64,000 nt of DNA from an uncultured Chlamydiae bacterium (GTDB taxonomy: Bacteria; Chlamydiota; Chlamydiia; Chlamydiales; SM23-39). The position numbers and the translations under genes are program-made. The DNA is taken from assembly GCA_963828125.1 (NCBI GenBank), contig CAWHDP010000002.1, positions 96,001-160,000 of the forward strand, given 5' to 3'. This document shows positions 1 to 7,645 of this stretch, in pieces (position 1 is the first letter of the stretch; each line of letters starts with the position of its first letter). The notes beneath the pieces were generated by a model. It did not search any database. It was not told the DNA's origin and saw only the letters and a list, made by a program, of their open reading frames with translations.

Positions 1-1039
1 CCGAGCCTCCCAGCGATAAGAGATTTCGTGGATTTTTCGTAAACAAACGCCCAGATCGATTAATTCTGGCCGCTTGAGCGGCGTTTTATGCAGATCGATG
101 AGCGTGCCGCGGTAGTTCACCCCCTCAGAATCCCCCACCGAACGGACGCGGCTCCAGAGCGCATCGTAGGACTTAAATCCTTTTTCCGATAAAAGCACAT
201 CGGGAATGAGAGAAAAGAACAGTTGCAAATATTCAGAATGCTCGGCGTTATCCATCAGCAACCGAATGTTTTCATAAGCCGCGCTGCGAACAGAACTCCC
301 TTGCGCCAACACAGTCTCTAGCTCGTCCAAAAGGACAATCAATCCCTTATGGCCCGTGAGCTTCAAAAAGGAGATCAGCGACTGCAAAAACATCTTACTA
401 TTCGACTTATTCAAAACTTCAAAAATATGGAATTTCGCCAGATTCTTCTTAGGGATCTTTTTCCCCTCTAACCACTGATACAACATCTCCTGCATCGCCG
501 CTGTCTCTTCTGGCGGCTCATTGTCAGCAGCTTCCCGCAAAAGCCCCATTAGGGCATTGGCAAAGTTGACATCCAACCTGGGAACCCTGCGCAAAGACTG
601 AAGAAGCGTCTCCCGGTCAACATCCACTTTTTTTTGTTTTTCGACCCACTGCTGCACCAACGCCCGGACGCCCACCCCCTCAAATCGCCCCCGCAGCATG
701 CTGAACGATCTCTTGGTAGACGAGCTCGAACTTGTGGATAGGAATATCGCGCGTTAACACAACAAAAGAGGCGGCAAACTGCTTTTGCAGCGCCAGCTGA
801 CAGATCACCGACATAAAATGGGTCTTTCCATCCCCATAATCGCCATTGATGAACCGCACCTTGCCGCCTCCCTCCCCGATGAAGCCATCTAAATCTTCCT
901 CGACAAACTTAAGCCAATTTTGGCGCCCCACAGTGAAAAACGGCACATACTCCGTCGGAGTAAGCCCCTTCCTAAGACTCTCTATGATCGCTCTGGCTTG
1001 GAACGGTTTCAGCTGCTCAATATCTTCTTTTGTAATCAT
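1..1039 (-). pseudogene. BREX BrxD/DUF2791-like P-loop ATPase, one-base frameshift near 697-700, runs off the window edge
   Basis: ORF from ATG 1039 has Walker A GDYGDGKTH and stops at 680. The frame starting at 699 (ATG CTG CGG GGG CGA...) stays open to position 1 and holds Walker B LIVLLDELE plus GFKSYDALWSR, typical of DUF2791 ATPases. May be a sequencing indel. Confidence 0.8.
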
Positions 1040-1040
1040 A

Positions 1041-1883
1041 TTAAGCCTTCGCAAAAGAGGCGTGGGAAATCTGCCGTTTTTCCCCCTGTTGATCGATAAG
1101 CCAAAGCGTCCTCATTCTGCCAGAAGCTAACCGAATGCAGTACCCGCCACTCGTAGCAGAAACATTCGAAGTAAAAAAGCGCCAGAGATCGACCGCAAAT
1201 TGCTCAACGCTATAGCCTTTAAACTTCGCCTTGTCCATATTTTGCAAAAACGCTTTACTCTGCAACGACCAAACATAGTCGGTGTACAACTGGAGAATAG
1301 GAACTACATCCCCCATCCCTTGCTTCTCTTTTTTCAGGATCTCCTGATAGCACGCAAATAAAGAATCAATGAATAGCTCCGGTTGAAAAACAGAGTCATA
1401 CAGCTTCCTCTTGAGGTTTAGAGCAGCCGATACAATCCTTTTTGGATCGAACGATTTGATCGTGAGCTCTCCCAACACCGTCCGTCTCGTAGCAAAGTTT
1501 ACCTCACCATCGATCCCTCGCAGCACAAAAAATTTGGGGAACTCGATCCGCATAGGGAGCCCCGCCCTCTCTGCGGCCTCCATCAAACCGTTGTTAAATT
1601 CCAACTTATACCGCTCAATTTGTTCGTCTGCATACCCTTGCAACTGAGAGAAAATCGGCTCGCAGCCCCCAAGACTTGCGTCCTCTAAGACCTCTCCAAC
1701 CTGCTTGGCTTTGAGCAGCTCATCCAATTGGAAAAAGTCATTCTTTTCCATGCACTGGATGCATTTTTTGATGAAATCGGACTTTTTCTGCTGCCGATTT
1801 AGCTCTTGCTGAAATGGCTTTACAATCTCTCCGAGACGATGCTTGGCCTCTTCCACATTTGTTAACGGCTCTAACAAGGTCAT
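1041..1883 (-). CDS. Hypothetical protein (280 aa), coupled partner of the DUF2791 ATPase
   Basis: Long ORF. Its stop lies 1 nt before the ATPase ATG. Helical N-terminus, no motif recognised. Confidence 0.8.
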   Translation of the reverse strand: MTLLEPLTNVEEAKHRLGEIVKPFQQELNRQQKKSDFIKKCIQCMEKNDFFQLDELLKAKQVGEVLEDASLGGCEPIFSQLQGYADEQIERYKLEFNNGLMEAAERAGLPMRIEFPKFFVLRGIDGEVNFATRRTVLGELTIKSFDPKRIVSAALNLKRKLYDSVFQPELFIDSLFACYQEILKKEKQGMGDVVPILQLYTDYVWSLQSKAFLQNMDKAKFKGYSVEQFAVDLWRFFTSNVSATSGGYCIRLASGRMRTLWLIDQQGEKRQISHASFAKA

Positions 1884-1961
1884 AAGCGCGCACCCTTTTG
1901 TTAAGCGAGGAAGTGTAGCAAATCACAAAAATTGCCTTCAAGAGAAATATTTGGAGAGCCA

Positions 1962-2861
1962 TTACTGCTGTAGCGGGAATGGGAAACTTTGCGTCTCATC
2001 GTCCAATATATAGCCGGGGAGGGCGAAGGCTGCCCTATGAACGGCTGGCGTGTAATAGCGCATGGTTCCTTGGATCTTGGCAAGGCGTTGGCGAAGGGTC
2101 TTTTCCGAGGGTCTGTATTTCTTGTCGTTGGCCCAGCCGAAGGCCATGAGGCCGCCCGCATAGCTCGGAACTGGCGCAACGAAAAATGTGGTATGTCGGA
2201 AATGGGGTTTTCTGTTTTCGACTGTCAACTTCAGCTCGCTTTTTTGCATGAAGGGAACCCCATTTTGATTGACGAAAATCCCGCCTGGCTTCAGGATTTT
2301 TTTGCAATCGCCGTAAAATTCAGAGGTGAATAGTCCTTTGGCAGGCCCCTCTGGATCATTGGAATCGCAGAGGATCACGTCAAATTTTTGATCGGTTCCC
2401 TTCACATATTTTGCAGCGTCTTGGATGACAATCGTGGCTTTTGGATGTTCAAAGGCCCCCTTGGAGATACTGGGAAGGTATTTCTTGGAGAGCTCGATCA
2501 TCGACCGGTCGATCTCTACGAGAATCACCTTGTCCAGCGCCTCATGCCGGAGTACCTCTCTCAAGAGCCCTCCATCACCGCCGCCGATGATCAGAACGGA
2601 TTTCGGATCGGGGTGCGTGAGAAGAGGGACGTGAGCCATCATCTCGTGGTAAATCCATTCGTCTTTTTCAGTGAGCTGGATGACTCCGTCAAGGGCAAGC
2701 ACGCGGCCAAACCGGCTGTTTTCAAAAATCGTTAGATCCCAAAATTCAGTTTTTTCCTCGTAGATCATCTCATCGATGGAAAAAGTCTGCTTCCATTCCG
2801 GATAGAGCCGCTCTTGATAACTCGAAATCAGTGCCGCAGCGAAAAGTAGGGTGGCGAGCAT
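1962..2861 (-). CDS. speE: Spermidine synthase (polyamine aminopropyltransferase)
   Basis: FGRVLALDG, IYHEMMAHVP, VLIIGGGDGG, VEID and DSNDP motifs. GGAGGT SD upstream of ATG 2861. Confidence 0.95.
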   Translation of the reverse strand: MLATLLFAAALISSYQERLYPEWKQTFSIDEMIYEEKTEFWDLTIFENSRFGRVLALDGVIQLTEKDEWIYHEMMAHVPLLTHPDPKSVLIIGGGDGGLLREVLRHEALDKVILVEIDRSMIELSKKYLPSISKGAFEHPKATIVIQDAAKYVKGTDQKFDVILCDSNDPEGPAKGLFTSEFYGDCKKILKPGGIFVNQNGVPFMQKSELKLTVENRKPHFRHTTFFVAPVPSYAGGLMAFGWANDKKYRPSEKTLRQRLAKIQGTMRYYTPAVHRAAFALPGYILDDETQSFPFPLQQ

Positions 2862-2903
2862 GAAAACCTCCAAAAAAGAAGAGAGTATAGATAAATAAAA
2901 TTT

Positions 2904-3824
2904 TTATAGCCAGCGGTTTTTGCGGAAAAGGGCGACAGCCACGATGGATGCGGCGAGGGTGATCGCCATGAGGAGGATGAATGCGTAAGGTTTCCCCTGG
3001 AAGGGGAGGCTCACGTTCATCCCGTAGACCGATGCGATCACTGTCGGAATGGTGAAAATAATGGTCACGGCGGTCAAAAGCTTAATGGTTCGGTTGACGT
3101 CGTTGGTAAAAATAATATGGTAGGAATCGCGGAGCGACCGGATGCTTTTGATGTTGACGCTGCAAACATCTTCTGATTGGCGCATTGCGATCATCAAGTC
3201 CTCGAGAAGATCGAGGTCGGCCTCATAGAAGTTCATGTATCTGCCAGAGGCCATGCTCTCGAGGAGATTGCGCATTGGGACGATTGAGGTGAGGTATTGG
3301 TTGAGGATCTCTTCATTTTTGGTTAGGACGATGATCGAGTTGCTATCGACGATTTTTGGCGGCTCCTCGGCTCCCAATATGCTCGCCCGAACCCGTTTGA
3401 TGCTATTCGTATAATCTTGAGTGATTTTCAAAAGGATGTGGAGGATGAGTTTTGGCCTCTGGTTTGTCCCGAGCGCTGTGTGGCTCGCGATGAGATTTTC
3501 AATGATCTCGCAGCGGTGAGGGGAGATGGCGATCACATACTGATTCGTCAAGATCATTGTCAAGGTCTCGGTATAAAGGCCGATTTCATGATTGCCGGGA
3601 TGGCGGACGAAAAATAGGATATTGTCGTCGATGTGCTCGATCCGGGGCAACTCGAATTTGTCCAAACTATCCCGGATATCGGTGATATCGATCGCAGCCG
3701 CCTCGGCAATTTTGCTCAAATCTTCGAGATTGGCCTCTTTGGCGTAAATCCAGCTCCCTGAGCGAAAATCGGGGACGAGCTTGAACTCGCTCTCCCCCTC
3801 GGTTTTGTTGTAGGTCTCAATCAT
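2904..3824 (-). CDS. corA: CorA family Mg2+/Co2+ transporter
   Basis: YGMN signature between two C-terminal TM helices (PTVIASVYGMNV). Confidence 0.9.
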   Translation of the reverse strand: MIETYNKTEGESEFKLVPDFRSGSWIYAKEANLEDLSKIAEAAAIDITDIRDSLDKFELPRIEHIDDNILFFVRHPGNHEIGLYTETLTMILTNQYVIAISPHRCEIIENLIASHTALGTNQRPKLILHILLKITQDYTNSIKRVRASILGAEEPPKIVDSNSIIVLTKNEEILNQYLTSIVPMRNLLESMASGRYMNFYEADLDLLEDLMIAMRQSEDVCSVNIKSIRSLRDSYHIIFTNDVNRTIKLLTAVTIIFTIPTVIASVYGMNVSLPFQGKPYAFILLMAITLAASIVAVALFRKNRWL

Positions 3825-3870
3825 GAGCCTATCCTTTTATTAGCGCGGATCGGGATCTAATGCAACCTTA

Positions 3871-3946
3871 TACTGCGGCCACCCCAAAAGTGTAATTTGG
3901 GCAGATTTGACGCTGCCCAAATTACACTTTTGGGGTGGCCGCAGTA
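3871..3946. mobile_element. Palindromic MITE family A, long copy (34-bp perfect arms, 8-nt loop), TA on both sides
   Basis: TACTGCGGCCACCCCAAAAGTGTAATTTGGGCAG-ATTTGACG-reverse complement. TA at 3869-3870 and 3947-3948. Confidence 0.85.
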
Positions 3947-4004
3947 TATATTCGTTTTATAGGAAGGAGGATTTTTTTTGCAATTTGTCTACTATTTCAG
4001 TTAC

Positions 4005-4030
4005 ACTGGACATTGGCCATTTACAATGTC
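4005..4030. repeat. Palindromic family B remnant overlapping the probable DMT start codon
   Basis: CTGGACATTGGCCATTTA matches the arm at 11792. Confidence 0.6.
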
Positions 4031-4898
4031 GGATATGGATACAACCCATCGCAGTCATAAAGTCGGCATTGTTTATATTCTTATCGCATGGCTTTTATTT
4101 ACTTTTATGACTATCATTGCCCGTTTTACAAGTAAAACGATACCGCTTGCTTCCATCCTCTTTATACAGAATCTGATTGGCCTCATCACTTTGATTCCTT
4201 GGATTCAGAAACATGGATGGGGGTTAATGCGCACCCGTCGATTTGGACTCCTCCTCTTTCGATCCATGGCCAGCATCAGTGCGATTGCGCTCAGTTTTTT
4301 AGCTGTGCAACGGACGTCGCTGGTCGATACGATGCTTTTAAATAATTCATCGCCTCTTTGGATCCCATTTGTCGTTCTGATCTGGCTTAAAAAACCGATC
4401 AACCACTTCTTATGGCCCGGTTTGATCGCCGGTTTTATCGGTATTGTGCTGATCCTCAATCCGGGGAAAGAGTTTTTTCAAGCGGGGGCTTTCCTTGCGC
4501 TTGCCGCAGGGATCTTGCAAAGCGTCAATATGGTCTCCATCAGGGTTCTCTCCTATACAGAGCGCAATCACACTGTGATATTCTATTATTTCTTGACCGG
4601 CACAATGATTTGTCTCCCTTTTTCGATCTATGAATGGGTGCAGCCTGGATTTGTTGAATGGGGTGGACTCATCACGATCGGTCTTTGCCTTGCATTGGGG
4701 CAGTGGACATTTGTTCGCGCTTTCCATCACGCAAAGGCCTCCGAGTTAGGACCCTTTTGTTATGCGGCAGTTGTCTACGCAGTCCTCATTGATTGGGCGC
4801 TTTATAAACAAATGCCGGCCCTATTGGTTTGGATCGGCGTCGCTCTTGTTTGCGCAGGGGGGATTTGGGCGATCCGATTCAGCAGCCCTTCTAAATAA
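4026..4898 (+). CDS. DMT/EamA family transporter
   Basis: About 10 TM helices in two EamA-like halves (LLNNSSPLWIP; RAFHHAKASELGPFCY). Start taken at ATG 4026; the ORF extends to 3978. Confidence 0.85.
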   Translation: MSDMDTTHRSHKVGIVYILIAWLLFTFMTIIARFTSKTIPLASILFIQNLIGLITLIPWIQKHGWGLMRTRRFGLLLFRSMASISAIALSFLAVQRTSLVDTMLLNNSSPLWIPFVVLIWLKKPINHFLWPGLIAGFIGIVLILNPGKEFFQAGAFLALAAGILQSVNMVSIRVLSYTERNHTVIFYYFLTGTMICLPFSIYEWVQPGFVEWGGLITIGLCLALGQWTFVRAFHHAKASELGPFCYAAVVYAVLIDWALYKQMPALLVWIGVALVCAGGIWAIRFSSPSK

Positions 4899-4906
4899 AT
4901 GTTTTG

Positions 4907-4923
4907 ACTGGACATTGTTCAGT
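4907..4923. repeat. Collapsed family B remnant
   Basis: ACTGGACATTGTTCAGT mini-hairpin sharing CTGGACATTG with family B. Confidence 0.4.
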
Positions 4924-5004
4924 GTATTGCACGGGAAGCAGTGTAACAAAGATCTCAGGCGGGAGGTACTGAAAAAAGTTCTAGAGGAGATTTCTTCACA
5001 GCAA

Positions 5005-5028
5005 TGTGAATTTGGGGTGGCCGCAGTA
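5005..5028. repeat. Family A half copy (single arm) followed by TA
   Basis: TGTGAATTTGGGGTGGCCGCAGTA-TA. Confidence 0.8.
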
Positions 5029-5099
5029 TAGATAAATTTTTTTCTTTCAATAAATAATGCATGGGTGTAGAATCCTCACCAGATTTTAGAGGGGTCTAT

Positions 5100-5456
5100 A
5101 TGTCATTTGCAATACGCATCAAAGAAAACAATGAACCAGACACCCCGTGGCGATTTTTTCGGGAATTTAACAAGAGGAAAGAATACGAAGAGAGTCTAGA
5201 GCTCTGTGTAAATCGGAAACGTTGGGGTCAGACTTATGCTAATAAAACGGATCCCTACAAGTTCCAGCATCACTGGCTGCACAGATATTTGGTTGAGCAG
5301 CAGGCTGGCCCTTGCATCCTACAAGGCGCTCACGTCGTTTTGCGGGCAGAGACATCCACGATGTGTCAGCAAGAGACATTTGAGTTCGTAACGCTCCCAT
5401 TCGGTGAAAGCCGTCACTGCAATGATGTACAAGGTATAACCCAATCGGCTGTATGA
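5100..5456 (+). CDS. Hypothetical protein
   Basis: ORF with a GAGGGG SD-like sequence before ATG 5100. Its stop overlaps the next start (ATGA). Confidence 0.55.
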   Translation: MSFAIRIKENNEPDTPWRFFREFNKRKEYEESLELCVNRKRWGQTYANKTDPYKFQHHWLHRYLVEQQAGPCILQGAHVVLRAETSTMCQQETFEFVTLPFGESRHCNDVQGITQSAV

Positions 5457-6598
5457 TCTGCATTGGTAAAAAAATTCTATTATTCCTGTTTTTCAGCGCC
5501 ATGCTCTGGGCCGAAAAACCGACTCCGACTCTCAAAGAGCTTCCCACCCCTTTTTGCTTTTTCGAAGATCTCTACTATGTCCCGAAGACGTCGACGTTCG
5601 TCGTGCTAAACAACCCTGATCTGACTAAAAGGGCGATCGATATGCGAGAAACGAGGGGCTATGCGTTCAAAAATACCCACAGGCCTCTCAAACATGCGCA
5701 AAAAGTGGCTGGGACGACCCTTTTCCTTTTTGAGGGGCTCGGATCGACTTGCTGCACCTACCATTTTTTTCACATTCTGGAACACATTGTGGGAGATTGG
5801 GCCTATTATGGCGATCGATATTCCGAAGATGTGAAGCTCATCGTCATCGCGTCGGCCGGAGAAACAGCGCGGATGGCTTGGGAGGGGCCGAACCGGATCA
5901 ATAAACACGTACTGAGAGCCCTATTCCCCAATGCAGAAGTGCAGACCTGGGTGGAGTTTCGAGAGACCTTTCAAAAAGTCCCCTACTGTTTCGAACGGGT
6001 TCTCACCTCCGATCGGAGGATTTCGTATCGGGATCCTGAGTGCCAAAGACTCAACCGGATGCTAGGTTTTGCCCGCCACTCCCTGCCACAAGAGGCTCTC
6101 CAAAAGCTTGCCGATCGGGTCAATGCCTATGCAGGAACCAAAATCAACGATGAGGAAAGGCTACGGGTCACCTTTTTAAAGCGTTCCCCTCCCCGCACTC
6201 TCGATCCGACCCTCGAGGAGAAGCTCCTCTCCTCTATCCGGATGATGGGCAACGCCTCTTTACGAGTGGAGGACTTTGCGACGCTCCCTTTCAAAAAGCA
6301 GGTGAACATCATTGGAAATACCGATGTGTTGATCAGCGTCCACGGCAACGGGCTGAGCCACTCGCTCTTTTTGCCGCCGGGGGCCAAAGTCATAGAGATT
6401 TTTCCGCCGGACACCCATACGGTCGACTACCGGATCTTCGCCGAGGCGAGAGGCCTCGACTACACCTGCATCATGTCCAATCGAGGAATCATCTCTCAAG
6501 AGGAGTCTTATCAGACGGGCGCTTACGGAAATTTCTCCCAAACAATCTATGATCTAGATATTCCTCTTGTTTTAAGGGAAATCGGAGGGAATCGCTGA
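5453..6598 (+). CDS. Glycosyltransferase family 61 (DUF563) protein with signal peptide
   Basis: YHFFH and DVLISVHGNGLSHSLFLPPGAKVIEIFP (GT61 HGAGL-type motif). Hydrophobic N-terminus. Confidence 0.8.
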   Translation: MICIGKKILLFLFFSAMLWAEKPTPTLKELPTPFCFFEDLYYVPKTSTFVVLNNPDLTKRAIDMRETRGYAFKNTHRPLKHAQKVAGTTLFLFEGLGSTCCTYHFFHILEHIVGDWAYYGDRYSEDVKLIVIASAGETARMAWEGPNRINKHVLRALFPNAEVQTWVEFRETFQKVPYCFERVLTSDRRISYRDPECQRLNRMLGFARHSLPQEALQKLADRVNAYAGTKINDEERLRVTFLKRSPPRTLDPTLEEKLLSSIRMMGNASLRVEDFATLPFKKQVNIIGNTDVLISVHGNGLSHSLFLPPGAKVIEIFPPDTHTVDYRIFAEARGLDYTCIMSNRGIISQEESYQTGAYGNFSQTIYDLDIPLVLREIGGNR

Positions 6599-6740
6599 AA
6601 GAAGAATTTCGGAAACGATCGTTTGAGCCTCTTTGAGAATCTGGTTTAAATGCTCTTTTCCGAGAAAGCTTTCTCCGTCATGGCTCCAATACGCTTTCCC
6701 TTCTTCCAAACTGCCAACCATTTGTGATATCCTCCCCTTT

Positions 6741-7439
6741 ATGAAACCGAAAGTGACTTTTGCGACCTCGTGCTGGGAGCGGGATTGGCGGCGCCTTCTC
6801 CTCGATCGCGATTATTTGGCTCTCCTCCAGATCGGCAACCACTGTTTCCCTTTCGCCGAGCGGCTTCTCATCCTCAATAATGTAAACGATCTCGATCTGC
6901 TCAAAAGAAAAGCTCAGGAGAAGGTCGATTCAAGGGTTTTAAGCCGCTATGTGGTTGCGACAGATACTTTGTCCGATTTTGGACTGCAGCGGAGCGATTT
7001 CAATGACTGGCAATATTACAATATGCTCGGACCCTTGGCGGCGATCCGCGAGGCGAAAGGGGACTATCTTCTTTATATGACAGGCGACGTCTATTTGAAG
7101 CGCCCTGTCAACTGGATCGGCAAGGCGATCCGCTGCATGGAGAAAAACCCCCGATTTAAAGTGGCTAATCTCACATGGAATGACAATTACCGCGAAGCTC
7201 AGGAAGAGTCTTACCGACGTACATGGAATTTTTTCGTGGCAGATAAAGGCTTTTCCGATCAGATGTTTTTAGTCCGGACGGCCGATTTCCGGGGGCCTAT
7301 TTATGACGAGATCCGCGCTGATGGCGCCCACTATCCTCGCGGAGATGTTTGGGAAAAGCGGGTCTTTAGCTATATGAAAAATCACGGGTGGGAAAGAATC
7401 ATATATAAACGCGGATCTTACACGCACGAACATATCTGA
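6741..7439 (+). CDS. Hypothetical protein, possible GT-A-like glycosyltransferase
   Basis: YLLYMTGDVY resembles a GT-A DxD region. Adjacent to the GT61 gene. Start taken at ATG 6741. Confidence 0.55.
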   Translation: MKPKVTFATSCWERDWRRLLLDRDYLALLQIGNHCFPFAERLLILNNVNDLDLLKRKAQEKVDSRVLSRYVVATDTLSDFGLQRSDFNDWQYYNMLGPLAAIREAKGDYLLYMTGDVYLKRPVNWIGKAIRCMEKNPRFKVANLTWNDNYREAQEESYRRTWNFFVADKGFSDQMFLVRTADFRGPIYDEIRADGAHYPRGDVWEKRVFSYMKNHGWERIIYKRGSYTHEHI

Positions 7440-7533
7440 GAGCCTATCCGCAACCGAAGACCGATGTGAGAGCGAGAAGACTGTATAGAGTTCTGTTTTT
7501 CATTCCGGCGATTAAAGGCGCGCAGAGCTGATA

Positions 7534-7565
7534 TACTGCGGCCACCCCAAATTCATGCCGCAGTA
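7534..7565. mobile_element. Internally deleted family A copy nested in a family B arm, with TA duplication
   Basis: ctga-TA-[TACTGCGG...CCGCAGTA]-TA-aatggccaatgtcca. Removing the element and one TA restores a family B right arm. Confidence 0.85.
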
Positions 7566-7606
7566 TAAATGGCCAATGTCCAATTTAAAAAAGAAAAAAA
7601 ATTTTA

Positions 7607-7635
7607 TTTACAAACTTTGGTTTTTATTTTAGGAT
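7607..7635 (+). promoter_or_regulatory. Putative sigma66/70 promoter of glgP-pgm
   Basis: TTTACA-17 nt-TAGGAT with an upstream A-tract. Confidence 0.4.
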
Positions 7636-7645
7636 TCGGAGCTAT

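Noticed and set aside
1..1883. Calling this a complete BREX system
   Set aside because: Only the ATPase is BREX-related; pglX, pglZ and the other core genes are not visible.
7439..7505. Further repeat ends (GAGCCTATCC, also at 3826)
   Set aside because: The match is too short and no partner inverted end was found.
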